Source: Dicyema japonicum (taxonomy: Eukaryota > Animalia > Dicyemida). From it: a DNA stretch of 64,000 nucleotides. The position numbers were made by a program, and so were the translations under genes. The stretch covers positions 181,076 through 245,075 of the forward strand of contig RDEW01000062.1 of NCBI GenBank assembly GCA_011109175.1, in the 5' to 3' direction. This document shows positions 51,851 through 64,000 of the stretch, piece after piece (position 1 is the stretch's first letter; each line of letters starts with the position of its first letter). The notes below the pieces were generated by a model. That model saw only the letters and a list, made by a program, of their open reading frames with translations, did no database searches and had not been told where the DNA came from.

Positions 51851-52574
51851 TTCTTGTACACAGCCTGTTACTTGGTCATTTTTGAGTCATTCATTTTACA
51901 TTTACTTGTTTATAAATAATTTTTCAGAACAACTATAGCAATCGGAGTGATTCTTTTGTAATTTCTTGTCTACCTCAATATTTTCGGTTTTTGGTTGTGT
52001 GATGTAAGCTTCTGTGTATGTAAGCCTAGGTTACAATTTACAAGAGCAGAACATGAGGAAAGGGTTTCCCTCGATATCTAATAATTTTCTCGATAATTGT
52101 GGATTTTTAAAACGAATACAAGTGCATAACGCGAATCACAAAATGAGAATAAAATCAAAAATAATAAATATCATACTAATCTATATAATAAATTTTTATT
52201 TCTATCAGGATTGTCGGGATCACCTAATTAATTTCAAGAGATTAACTATTGGTGTTTTTGGGTTAATAATAATAGTTCTATCGTCATCGAGTGTTCGCAT
52301 GTGTCTGTTCGTAGTACTGATTCTTAGAACAAAGCTATTCTTTAACGTGTTATCTATAATAAGGTAAAATGATCTTTTTGATATCAAAATAAGCTAGGGA
52401 ACAGGAAAGACAGGCTTTAGAGTTAGAGGAAGTCGAAAATTCACTTTCACAAAATAAAATATAAATGACATTTGGGTAACAAATCATTGTTTTCGACTGC
52501 TCTTCAGCTTAGAAGAGGTCGAAAATCCACCTTCAGATATACATTACATTTTGGGTTGAGAACTAATCCTTGAG

Positions 52575-52735
52575 GGAGAACCAATGAATGTTCTTCACTT
52601 CTTTTTTCTTTTTGCTGCGTGTGAGTCCAGTTCCGCGGTGAAATGTCCACTGATGACAGCGTCACTCATCAAACCAAGGCATCGAAGATGCTTGGAATCT
52701 TCAGCCGGTATGAACAGCAGCGAACCAGGAGCCAT
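52575..52735 (-). mobile_element. SINE family 1 fragment
   Basis: Reverse complement gtttgatgagtgacgctgtcatcagtggacatttcaccgcggaactgg. Confidence 0.75.
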
Positions 52736-52949
52736 CATGCCTTATTCTTGGACATATTGACGCTGCAATTGTAAAAATAGATGATCTCAATAATGTGTGA
52801 AGATGACCTTGAACTAAATTTAATTAAATTAACGTCAGAAATAAATTAACTAATGTATGTTATTCTCCCTATCACATTCTTCTCTCTTATGGCCCAACCC
52901 GACCAATACACAATTCATCTGAATAACATCTAAAGTCTCCGTTGTCCCA

Positions 52950-54900
52950 ATTTGTCCATTTTGTTCTTCCAAGGTGGCATATTTGGCTCGTTAGTCCTTC
53001 TCTAATGGTAACGTCTATTAATCCTCTTCAAAAGTAAGTCCATATTTCTGTTTTACTCGCATGCTCTCCAAGGTCTTCTTGATCACTTGCGATTGGAGTA
53101 CGCTCTTATAGGACTCTCCACATTAAGCGAAGCATGGTGATGTTGTTGCTTACATCCCAGGTAAGCACTATTGGCACAATATTAACCTTAGCATTATGTA
53201 TTAGTCCCAATTCGCTTGCAAGCAGGTCATATTTGTGCAATTTTTTCACTCCGACTTCCTTTAGTGCCTGCTGGGAAGTGATGCCAATCTCAATAAGTGT
53301 AATCATGTTCTTCATTTTATCGAGAACAAATATATCAGGCTTCTTATGCTCAATTTTTGTCTCGGTATAATTGTGGTGTCCACACGAATTTCAACATTGT
53401 TATTAGCGACTGTTGATTACACAGAGTGTGTTTTGAGCTTCTTCGAGTGTTTTATCCAATATAATCGACATAGATGCAGATGAATACATCTCACTACTTC
53501 GTTGTGTCGGCGAAGATAGTCACTGTACAGCATTTGACCATACCTTGTAGCCAAATGATCAACACTTTATAGCAATGCTACAGTGACCACAATTAGAGCC
53601 AATATTATCGAAAAATAAATTACGATCTTGAGTGAGGCACAATATTCCTTCGGATTTGGGTGAATTGTTTCCATACAAAAGCCAACGGAAAGATTCTGTC
53701 GTATCAACATTGTTATCATCAAGACAGTTGAAAAATATTCCATGCAATGGTTTTGCACGTATTTGTTCCAATAAACATTTTTTCTGTAGTTCTTTCAATG
53801 TGTCCATTTTGAGAATATCAGATTCTTGAATTTTATATTTTCGGTTGACGAATTCTATGATTGTGGCCATATGAGTTTTCTTTGATTTGAGCCCGTAGAA
53901 TTCCTGCCTTCCTCAGACAATAGCATGATTTCTTTTTAACATCCCGTAGGAATTGGAGCAGCATGCGTTCACTTATGTGTGTAATGGAGACTAGACCTCT
54001 TCCGAGCTTATCTCTTGGTAAGTAAAGTCGTTCTTTGTTTCCGGGTTTAAAGTGGATCCTATGATTTACAAGGATTTTGCGTATATCCTTGTCAATGAGT
54101 TCAAATTCAGTCGGTTCGATATCAATTAATTCGATGTAGTAGTTGTAGAGAGATAAAGCATGCTCATTCATGGCCTTGAACAGGTTCCCAGAATTTAATT
54201 TTGTAACTGCCAAGTTGTCAATTCTATTCTTAACTCCATCAAAAATCGTCTTTAAAACTTTGTTTTTCAAGACGATGCTATTTCTGTCCTCCAACACACC
54301 AAGGTATCTATATCCCTCCATTCCATACAGCAGTTTGGCTTGGGAGTTCAACCCAGAAACATTAGTAGCCGATTCTTCTGCATTTGGTTCAAGTCCATCA
54401 GCTTCGAAGAACATACTAACTTCATTCATCATAAACAACATCGTGTGGAAAATATTTTCAAGTCGTCCATGAACAGTAAATGATTTGTGGCGTTCGCAAG
54501 AGATTTTCGATCAGGGCAATCTATGGTCACCTTTGGGTATTTTGCATTCAAAATCCTGCTGAGAGGATCCAACAGAAGTACAAAGATTTGTGGTGACAAC
54601 GAATCGCCTTGCAAGATCCCTCGCTTCAATTCAACTTTTCCAATTTCTTTTTTTTATTAAAGTTGAGTCTGATTTTTTATTTAGTAACCAAATTCTTAAT
54701 GAAACTCACGATCCAGTAAGGGAGTCCAGAGTTGTCAAGACTTTGTATGAAAAGTCATGATTTCCGGAATCGAATGGTTTCTTGAACTTCTTATTTCCTT
54801 TCTGTTCGACAAACACCGAGATTTGCTTGAGCTGTTTATTCAACTTCAGAAGTCTTCCTTGCATGCGTTTAACCCACTGGCTCTTCTTTCTCTAGATTGA
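52950..54900 (-). mobile_element. R4-like RLE non-LTR retrotransposon, degenerate
   Basis: KRGILQGDSLSP, NHLLFMDDLK, YRYLGVLED, KPLHGIF, CGHC..RHNE zinc knuckle, KPDIFVLDK..LIEIGIT..KYDLLA endonuclease. Confidence 0.9.
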
Positions 54901-54904
54901 AAGA

Positions 54905-55572
54905 GAGCATCATATGTTACTTCTTTTTTCTTTTTGTTCGGTGTGGGTCCTTATTTACACAATCCGGTACCGCAGTGAGATGTTCACTGATGGAGGTGTC
55001 ACTCGTCAAACCAAAGCTTTGTATACCCGTGGAACCTTCAGCCAGAATGTGCCACAGCGAGGGGACTATCATGCCTTTTGCCCTGCATTCATTACACTTC
55101 ACCAAAAAGTTCATATATGTCGAAAAATAAAATATCAGTTTCAAATGAAACAGTTAAGTTAAATTCATTAAAGTTAGCGTTATCTTACATTTATTATTCC
55201 AATATAACGCAAATGGTATCAAAATGGAAAATAAAAAAAGTATCGAAATTTTTGAAAATCATGAATCCTGGAGTGGGAGATTGGATTTTTTAGTATCAAT
55301 TATGGGTCTTTCAATTGGATATGGAAATATCTGGAGGTTTCCTTATTTGTGTTATAAAAATGGAAGAGGTTAATTTCGTCTTTAAATATTTTTAGGTACT
55401 TTTTTAATTCCTTTTTTTATAACTGCCCTTATCTATGGCATTTCTTTGCTTTACATAGAAAGTTTGGTTGGTCAGTTGAAAAGAAAGTCTGCCTTCAAGG
55501 CTTGGAATTTCAATCCGCTTTTTGAAGGCAAATTCTAGTTTAATATTTTAGGCATTGGCTTGTCATGTGTTC
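54905..55572 (+). pseudogene. Inverted partial duplicate of the SLC6 5' region, including the upstream SINE
   Basis: Colinear with the reverse complement of ~27378-28070. ATG at 55224, first two introns retained, homology ends at ttgtcatgtgttc. Confidence 0.9.
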
Positions 55573-55599
55573 GAGCAACAACGTGGTGTGTCTGGTGAA

Positions 55600-57540
55600 G
55601 TGATAACTAATTATTGAATAAGTGATTTTCAAGTGCGATTCCAGTTTTCGACGACTGAATAAGTAGAGAAGACATTCCCTGTAACACTTGTTCTCGGAGT
55701 AACAAGCGAAAGCTTCGGATCAGATGTTTTGATTGTTCCTTGTTCTTTTATTGGGGTGTGTCAAGCATTCAAAAAAGTCTTTAAAACCTTTATATTCTTG
55801 GGTTTTCTCGTACTGTCTGAGACACAAACAATGTGATTCCTTTCCTGGATTTACTAAGTCCCTCGTTACGTCTTAAAAATTCTATTTCTTCCGGCAGGTT
55901 ACGAGTACAGAAGCATATTGAAGATTCCCAGGTCCGTGAAGGTGGTAGCGGTCGAAATACTGGCCCGTTCCATTTACGGTTACTATCTCGTCTTTGGAGA
56001 CCAAGGACTGGAATTTCCTTAATTGCATTTGGATTAGAATCTAATTGTGAAGGATTTTTTATCGCTACAAGTCTTAGGAAATCAATTCATTCGTTTTAGG
56101 ATGGGAACCTTCTATAAACCATTTTTTCCCTCTCGAAAGTCCCTTATCATGGAAACAAAATTTTTTTCGGAATGCGGTTGCGCCAATCTGATAGACGGAG
56201 ACGTCCGGGCAGCAGTTATGTCGTTGTTTTTAATCGAGATTGTCCTTCCGGTCACCCTGAAGTCATTTTCAATTTGTAGATTAAGCAACCTCCTTCTCCG
56301 TCAGATCTGAAGCAAGTTTCGATTCTCCTTCCCCGCTTTATTTATCGAATCAAATGCAATGTTTCTCAGCGTGAATTACGCCGTGGGTCTATCAGAGATC
56401 TTTTTTAACTATCTCAATTTGTTTCAGAAGGATTAAACGCGACAAAACCACATTTAAGGACTGTTCTTGTTTCTTGACACTACCAAAGTATTTGCTTGAT
56501 CTCAAAAAAGCCTCTAGTGAAAAAGTTATTTGAAACGGATATCCACCCTAACCTGAAAAGATGGTTTTCAAACTTTCTGAGCGGAAGGCGTGTACAGGTA
56601 ATTTGCAAAAACTTGAAATCGAGGAGGCGCTTTCTCTCAAATGGGGTGCCCCAAGGATCACTACTATAACCACCTCCGTTCAATTTATATATACACATGC
56701 CACAATCCACAGACGAAAACTATCTCTCCTTTTATATACGAACGAAGTCGTCATTGCTGTAAGGGACAAGGACTACGAATTCGCCGCTCAAATGGTTCAG
56801 GGAATTCTCAATTTCCTGACACAATGGTTGGAAGGACTACGTCTGGAAGTATCACCTACAAAATGCCTAAAAGGCAAGGATGCCTAAAACCACGATTAAC
56901 AACGTGGCAATCGCTTTTACGGACACTAAAACCATCATGAGAGTGGTGTTTGAACAAATACTTACATTCGCGGAACATTTAAGGAGACTGTGCTACTTAC
57001 GAGAATGAGAATCGCTAGGCCCCTTTCCGCTTTCTAAAGGGAATTTTTACAACCAGCATTGACCTACACACACAAGTGAACCGTAGTCAATGGCCATTTC
57101 CATCTAATCTCTCCTGAAACTTTCCGCAATTCAGGAAGCTGATTAAATAATCATTGGCAGCAACTTTGTGTCCGCATTCTGGAAAAAGTTTTAATTTGAC
57201 GACTACGGAAGTTGGTTAGGGCAGCTACTCTATCTAACAGCCTTCTCTACTAGGCTATGAAAAATACCTCAAAACCCATAACTACATATCCTTTCTGGAG
57301 AGCCATCCAGGATTCTCGTCCAAGTCAGGTAGGTACTACCATATGTCGGTCTGGGGTCGCTTAGTTAACTAGGAACTTTATATCTTTCCTTTAATCCAGT
57401 AATCTTGGGGTAATAGTATATAATCGCCCACCAAAAGTTCATATGTTTTGCTCGAAAACGCCCACTTGAAATTGAATATCGCCCAATTTGGAAAACAATG
57501 ATATAGACTAATGAGGAGTATGCATTTAACCCTATTATAT
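55600..57540 (+). mobile_element. Degenerate Vingi-like element, RT and 3' UTR
   Basis: KPHLRTVLV, NLKRWFSNFLSGRRVQV. The 3' ~460 bp (57040-57540) recurs at 60880-61340. Confidence 0.65.
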
Positions 57541-57949
57541 ACGCAGCTTATCCACTTAGAAGGGAAATTACCCACAATCCACTTGACCACTTTCGCTTTT
57601 CCATATTCGGACTAATCCTCATGTTTTCATCAACTGAGTTATGGTCCACCAGACATTTAGATCCAAATAAAATTTCCACTTTTAAAGTTTTGGAGAAAAA
57701 CGCGGTCATTAGGTGATCTCGTCCACTCAGAATAGAATGCAAATTTTTGTTCGCTGTTCTTTGAGAGATTCCATGGACTCTGTGCGCTCACGTGAGAAAA
57801 CGAGGGCTCGAAGTGGGTTGAGTCTTTCAAGGTGGTGGAAAAGTTTAGGTATCTGTGAGGTTAAAATTATTCGATTTTTTGAGGTTGGCTTTGCTATATT
57901 AGTTTCCGTGACTGATTAGTAGATCAACGTCTAATTAAGGTATATCCCG

Positions 57950-58190
57950 TCCCCATCGTAGGAGTAGACATGTCCTCTCCAAACATCACCTCCATGTATA
58001 TCCGCAGTTACTGAAGGCTCTCCAGTGGAGAGAGGAAAGAGTAATCATTTGGATGTCGGTCAGGAACTGTATGTCTACTAAGACAGCCACAGAAGAGTAG
58101 GAAATCCTTCATCAGGCAGGTAGCGGTGTGAGAATCGAACCTAAAACTAATCACGACACAAGTGACACGGCTAACCACTGTGTTAGCTGG
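57950..58190 (-). mobile_element. SINE family 2
   Basis: Minus strand cagtggttagccgtg..gattagttttaggttcgattctcacaccgcta. Confidence 0.7.
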
Positions 58191-58475
58191 CTTTCAAGCA
58201 GCATTCTTAATAGGTCTACCTCTTAAATAAGAAAGAAATATTGATTAATTTGATTAAATTTATTCAGAATAATAAAATTTCCTTATTTAACATAATTTAA
58301 TTGGCTAATCTTAGTTACCCAGATTTTTATCAAATTAAAAGATACATAATTCTAGGCATTAGAAAACCCAAAATAGTATTTCAATACCTAACACTCAATG
58401 CTATAGTAAAATATTAAAGTTAAGAATATAATCCTCTTAAAAATCCAATAATCCGTAATAACTAATAAAGTGTGA

Positions 58476-58927
58476 CTAATGTTTTGTATTCTTCAACAGA
58501 TAAGAATATTGCAGTTCACCAGGGCCAAATAATTCGCAATATCTCGCCTTAAATTTATTTGTTATGGATAAAAAGGAAGTTGCCAGGACCATTGAAGTCT
58601 TCATATTCTGATTGTCTGCGATATACTTGATCCAGGTTAAAGGTTGACACGTGAGAGCTAAACAATTTTTGTTAAGTTCCATGAGATCCTCTGTTAGTTT
58701 TTGAAATACCCCAGCTAAAAACTTTTGAGATAAATGGAAACCTTCATCGAGACCAGTAGGAGAACACAACTTATATATGGAAAGAGCAGAATTGTTGTCA
58801 TTAAAGGCAAGAATCACATAGTCATAGCTTCGTCTAGTTTTAATTTTCTGGAAGATATCAGAAAATTCATCAGGCAAAGCAACTTCAACTGAAAGAACCT
58901 AGAATTACAAAATTAAGAACTTACCAT
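58476..58927 (-). CDS. Divergent ADF/cofilin-family actin-binding protein
   Basis: ATG alone in exon 1, then GTAAG intron, then VLSVEVALPDEFSDIFQKIKTRRSYDYVILAFNDNNS..IADNQNMKTSMVLATS..ELQYSYLLK (~141 aa). Parallels yeast cofilin in length and motif spacing. Confidence 0.68.
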
Positions 58928-59329
58928 CTATAGATATATCGATTGAATAATTTTATTACTAAAATATTTATTTAATATTTTTTTAATTTAATAACTAAAT
59001 TATAAAAAAATTAAAAAAATACCAAAAATGATTTTACAAAAATTTTGTGCGGTTGTTCGAATTTAATTTCTTTTTTAAAGTAAAATTTCACCAAGGCAGT
59101 CAGAGAATAAATTATTCCAGTTAGTCAAATTGTTAGTTGTTAGGATGGTTGTGGTAGGTGATATGCCTCTATTGCACAAAATATCTTTATTCTTAATATG
59201 GATATGACTCCTCGTCTTATTTCTCTTTTATTATGGAGTCAGAAAGGCCAAACTCGAAAATAGAACGACCTTCCCGATAATGCCAATTTGTTCCCCTTGC
59301 TATGGAGATTTCCGGATCCTACTCCCCCT

Positions 59330-59470
59330 TTACACTAGAGTTTTTCGGACGTCTTGGAAACAGGATCACCTCATGCACTGGAGATCTCCGCGAACGCCGC
59401 TGGCTGTTTGAGCGAATTTCGCTCGCAATTCTGAAAGGGAACAGCCACTCAGTGAGGGAGGCAGCTAACT
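59330..59470 (+). mobile_element. CRE-like 3' fragment
   Basis: ERRWLFERISLAILKGNS. Confidence 0.75.
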
Positions 59471-59774
59471 AATGTTTTGTCCTTATCATTTTTAATAAAA
59501 AATTATCAGGAAGTATTAAATACGTCAAGTTTTGGAATGAGGAAACGTCGTACACATTATGCTCTGGTGAATCTCATTTATAATAAAATTTGGAAGAATA
59601 GTTCTACCTGATGCGGAACAAAGGAATAGATTTTCGAGGAGGAACTAGATTATTGATTCTATAACGTTCTTAATAATGATAATCAGATTTGAACTAAGAA
59701 AAACTTTGATAAGTTGAACTTCTAATTCAATTACTGGAAATGGCAATTCACAGGCGCCGTAAAAATATCTACGT

Positions 59775-59990
59775 TTGCAAAAATCTCTGAGTTGCGTCGC
59801 AATCAAATTTTCGATTTCGCCGACGACTCATTTATCCATTTTTCTAATTTATCCCAAGGTTTTGATGGCGATTGGGACGAAACAAAAACAATCTCCAAGG
59901 GATGAGTATTTTTTCAGTTTCATCCGTTCAGCAGACTCGGCATTTGCTGAGACCGAAACTGACAGTGAAAATATGAAGCGATGACTGAAG
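59775..59990 (-). mobile_element. CRE-like 3' fragment
   Basis: AERMKLKKYSSL..FVPIAIKTLG. Confidence 0.65.
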
Positions 59991-60379
59991 CAACATAGAA
60001 TGAGTTGTCAATAAAAAACGTGAAGCAGTGAATGAGGCATCTACCATTCTAAAAGAATGGAAAAATGAAATTTTCAAAATAATTGAATGAAATTGAAAAC
60101 TTCTATGAGAAAGAATTTTATTTCTAATAAAATTGTTCTTAAAATGATTAGAGTTGTTCAAACCTTCTGTCTTCCGATGTTTCCCGAACCAGTCACCCCT
60201 TCATGCTCATTAGAAGGAAGACAAGAAGAAAATTTGCGTTTAAAATCAACTGATTTCTCAGAGATCTGTAACTTAAATTACTTTATTTTCCATTATTCAA
60301 ATTATCGATCAATATTGATTTTGAATAAAAATAGAACAGTTAACGAGTCAAGAGTGGATGCTTTTAGAATTGAAAAGCA

Positions 60380-60760
60380 ATTAGTTAGTTAAGAGTAGCC
60401 ACTCAAAATTGAAAAAGGCATTTCTCCTTACGATTTGTAAGGAAATGGGTTCAATGTGGCACTCCTCTTCCACTTATCTCTTTTTCTTAAGCGACCCGAT
60501 ACAATTCAGCAGCATTAGCAACCTGCTTTTCAATGACCCCAGAGGTTCTACAGCGAAAGATTTAAACATGAACTGTTCATTTGAAATGCTTATTTTTTTA
60601 ATGGTCTTGGTATTTTTTGTGGTTGTTCCTGTTTGAGTTGCCGTCAATAGAATGTTGAAAGAGGAAAAGCTATCAAAACTTGTGGCATTCCAACCGACTG
60701 CAATATTCGAATAAAATCCTTTTGAAATAATTAAATTGCAAAACAAATACTTCCTTGGGT
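60380..60760 (-). mobile_element. CRE-like 3' fragment
   Basis: VGWNATSFDSF, FAVEPLG, ISLQIVRRNA. Confidence 0.6.
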
Positions 60761-60879
60761 TAAATTTCCTTTTTTCATTTCCCACCTAATTTTCGAAATT
60801 TCTGAATAAAAACCATAAATGTATTTTAGTGAAAAATGATTAATTTCGATTTCCGTACAACCGGATTTACCTATACAAG

Positions 60880-61340
60880 TGAGTTGTGGGCAATGGCCAT
60901 TTCCCGTTCAATATAGAGAGCTACTTAAAGAGTCATTAGCTACAATTTTGTGTCCGCATTCTGACAAAAGTTTTGATTTGACGACAACGTGAGTTAGTGA
61001 GGGCAGCTACTCTATCTAACAGCCTCCTCTATGAAGACATGACAAAATACCTTAAAACCCAACCAAGATACGAAATAACTACATGACCTTTCTGGAAAGC
61101 CATCCACGATTCTTGTCAAGTAGAATGGGCCCTCCCATATGTTGGTCTGGGGTCTCTTAGTTAACTAGGAACTTTCTATCTTTTCTTTTAATCCATTAAT
61201 CCGGCGTAATAATAATCGCCTACCAGAAGTTCACATTGCACACTGAAAATTTGTTCGAAAACGGCCACTTGAAATTTCACATCGCCCACTTTGGGAAACC
61301 CTGAAATATACTAATGAGGAGATGTATTTAATTCCATTAT
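60880..61340 (+). mobile_element. Vingi-like 3' end, second copy of 57040-57540
   Basis: Colinear similarity, including ggtctggggtc..ttagttaactaggaactt. Confidence 0.7.
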
Positions 61341-61719
61341 ATGCTAACTAAATCAATGATGAATGAGATAATAGCTAAGCTGATAGCGATAAAAAACTTT
61401 TTTTTAATGTATATTCGATGTTTAAGAAACAAACTTCAGCGATGTCCTGATCCGCTGACCGTAGACTTAGAGCTGGAAATAATGACTCTCCAGTTCTTTA
61501 CCGCTAAGTCAGAGTCCTATAAATACCGTAGTAGAAGTTGAAAGTGCAGTAAAATTCACTAAAAACAGTCTTCCCTTTATCTCGGAGGAAATGCCTGATT
61601 TAGGATTAGGTATGCACGGACACCCTTTCCTGGTAAAAAAAATTTCAGATTCTGCGTTGAAAGTTTTGGGCAACAAGAGCATTCGAGAACTCTAAAATAA
61701 GAAAATACGGAAGGCTCTC

Positions 61720-61860
61720 CACCAGAAGTCACGTGAGCCGGTTATCGTCGAGATGAGCGGATTCTTCGGGTCCAAGAGGCTCTCTTTTCTAAGATCACCA
61801 AGGATCCATGTGAGACTGGATGGCTTCGAGAGCGTATCTTGATAGCTATCGGCAGAGGAA
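61720..61860 (+). mobile_element. CRE-like 3' fragment
   Basis: GWLRERILIAIGRGNS. Confidence 0.7.
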
Positions 61861-62784
61861 ACAGTATTTCTATCTTATAAAATTCAGAATTACCAAAATT
61901 AATAAATTGTACTTGTAAAAACTGGAAAACTAAAATTTTGATGTAGTGAGTATTTACTACACTTCACTTTATTAAAACGGAACCTAGAGAGTCTGACATT
62001 GGAGTATGGGAGGGAGAGCCCGAAGATGCCATATGGGGAGAGGGTTCAATTGGACAAAACGCTCTCGGAGCTGTTCCAGCAATCAGAATCGAACCCGTCT
62101 GAGGAGTCTGGCGAACAGGTAGGCGAGGAAGGTTGTTGATTATTAACTTTTTTTATTGTTGGTTAAATAGTTAGTTCAAGTCTTAAATTAGAAGCAGCTC
62201 TCGTGGTTTAGAGCTTTTACGATTTGTATGAAAATGCGCTGAAACATGCAACTTGCTTCTCGGCTGTTATTTCATATTTTTCAATCAACGATCCGATGGT
62301 ACGTAGGAAAGAAAATATTTGGGTCAGAGAATCCTCGAGGTTTCGGTTTCGATGAACTTTTAAACGAACTGTCTTCTTATAGTCCCTTATTTTTTCTATG
62401 ACGATTTCGACTCTTGCTGAGGCCGATCCTTGATGAGTAGTTATTATCGTGAGGTAGATAAAAGACTAGCCATCTACAGCAAGGTATTTCTTGTTCTTTC
62501 AAAAGTCGTCTCCTTATAAATTTTGTCCGCGCTGTCAAGTACAAAAGGTTCCAACTGCAAGGAAATATTCTGCGGCTTCGAGTATTACTGTTATTCCGCT
62601 AATCGCCGTATCCCTCACTATCATTTTAGTGTTCCATAAGCAGGAGAGGGTATGAAATCCTTTAAAACCAACCGTATTCCTGTATCTCATGCAAACCGTG
62701 AGTCGAACCAAATTTTTATTCGTATTGAGTCGTTATACATAAATGTTCCGAATGATCCACATAAAGCGATGCATAGTTAAACTA

Positions 62785-62900
62785 AAAAGCCACGATGCAC
62801 GTAAGACCTGGCTTCTCCAGTTGATCTTTGTTGCAAACGTTAGAGGCAACGCAACGTCGATAAAGTCAGCGGGGTCCACTTTGGATGGTTGGCTGTCTTA
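62785..62900 (+). mobile_element. CRE-like 3' fragment
   Basis: Close match to 49920-50030. Confidence 0.75.
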
Positions 62901-63589
62901 ATTTAATTACATTATTGATTGTATTTCATAATAAAAGTTAATTTAACTTTGATTTTATTTTTTTCACTTGAGGTAATTTTTTCTCTTCATATTTTTGATA
63001 ATTTATGACTTTTCAAAAAATGTGAAGTTTATTAAATTTTAGGCATGGTTTTAATGGTTTTTTGACAAGCTTAAAAACTTCATAATTGATTATCTGATGG
63101 AATAGTTGAGTCATTCTTGAAGGTCACTGCATCATTTCTTGTAAGATTCTTCAAATGAAATTTTTCTTTCATTTTTTTGTTTCGTGATGACTTCCTTATT
63201 TTAAAGGACTTATCTTTTTGGATGCGACCTTGAACACTTAATTTGCTGTTAGTATAGTTCTAAGTGTACATGTGGCTAATGAAATAAGTAGTTTTTTTTA
63301 ATTTTAATGTGAAATCCCCGATATCGTATATTCCTTATGAATTAAAAGAGTTTGACACTCCTTGAAACACATCAGGGTATGTGATCAAATCTCGGGAAAT
63401 TATATATAGGAGGCCGACACATTGTGTCAAATTATAGAGAAAATCTCCAATCTCTCTTGCCGGCGTAATTAGGTCAACCATTGAAGTGATTTTAAATATT
63501 CATTTGATGATTATGGATGGCCTCAGATAAAAACAGTTAACTTTAGTAAAATATTAATTTTATTAAAAAAATTAAATGCTTAAAAATTA

Positions 63590-64000
63590 ATGTTATTCAT
63601 CCTATTATACGTATGCATATTAATAATTTAGTTTTTAACAATTAACTCAGAAATTGAGATTGACTATGAAAGAAATTGTATATCAAAGGATGGCACATGC
63701 TTTCAATATGTTTCAGGCTCATTTCATTATTTTCGAACACACCATGAACAGTGGGAGGACAGAATTATGAGAATGAAAGCTGGAGGACTCAATGCAGTTC
63801 AAACGTGATTATTACTGTTTATATTTCAGATATATTGCTTGGAATTTCCACGAAGTGTATAAAGGGGTATACAACTTTGAAGGAAATGCTAACATTTCCT
63901 ACTTTTTTGAATTGATTAAGAAACACAATATGTATGCTATAGTAAGACCAGGACCTTACATTGACGCTGAATGGGAATTTGTAATATTTTTATTTACTTT
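63590..64000 (+). CDS. Beta-galactosidase (GH35, GLB1-like), 5' part; continues beyond window
   Basis: Signal-like MLFILLY|FLTINS, VSGSFHYFR, MKAGGLNAVQT|YIAWNFHE, IVRPGPYIDAEWEF. 21-nt intron at 63611-63631. Confidence 0.93.

Noticed and set aside
62950-63520. Possible gene divergent from the beta-galactosidase
   Set aside because: Only short open stretches (MVDLITPAREIGDF..), with stops not resolved by micro-introns.
63611-63631. Stop-codon reassignment suggested by an in-frame TAG in the beta-galactosidase signal peptide
   Set aside because: Explained by a 21-nt GT-AG intron. TAA and TGA end the other genes normally.

Overview
AT-rich eukaryotic genomic DNA: small, intron-dense protein-coding genes in a matrix of mostly decayed transposons. 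Genes reconstructed by hand: the C-terminal part of DNA polymerase zeta (REV3), ciliary adenylate kinase AK8, two GT31 beta-1,3-galactosyltransferase paralogs, syntaxin-5, exosome subunit RRP42/EXOSC7, an SLC6 transporter (plus an inverted partial duplicate), mitochondrial ribosomal protein L17, two GPI-transamidase GPI8/PIG-K paralogs, a divergent ADF/cofilin and the 5' part of a GH35 beta-galactosidase. Most introns are only 21-30 nt, most often 23 nt. With metazoan-like proteins, standard stop codons, a ciliary gene and a mitoribosomal gene, this fits a reduced ciliated animal such as a dicyemid mesozoan (inference only, not verified). Mobile DNA includes 2A-peptide-bearing APE-RT retrotransposons (Vingi/Ingi-like), many CRE-like and R4-like RLE fragments, RTE-like elements (one with a twin-priming-like 5' inversion), a CR1-like tail shared with a tRNA-derived SINE, a second SINE family, a Tigger/pogo element and a hAT MITE. 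No bona fide tRNA, rRNA or CRISPR array was seen. Repeat boundaries are approximate. Several 1-bp deletions in otherwise intact genes may be assembly errors.
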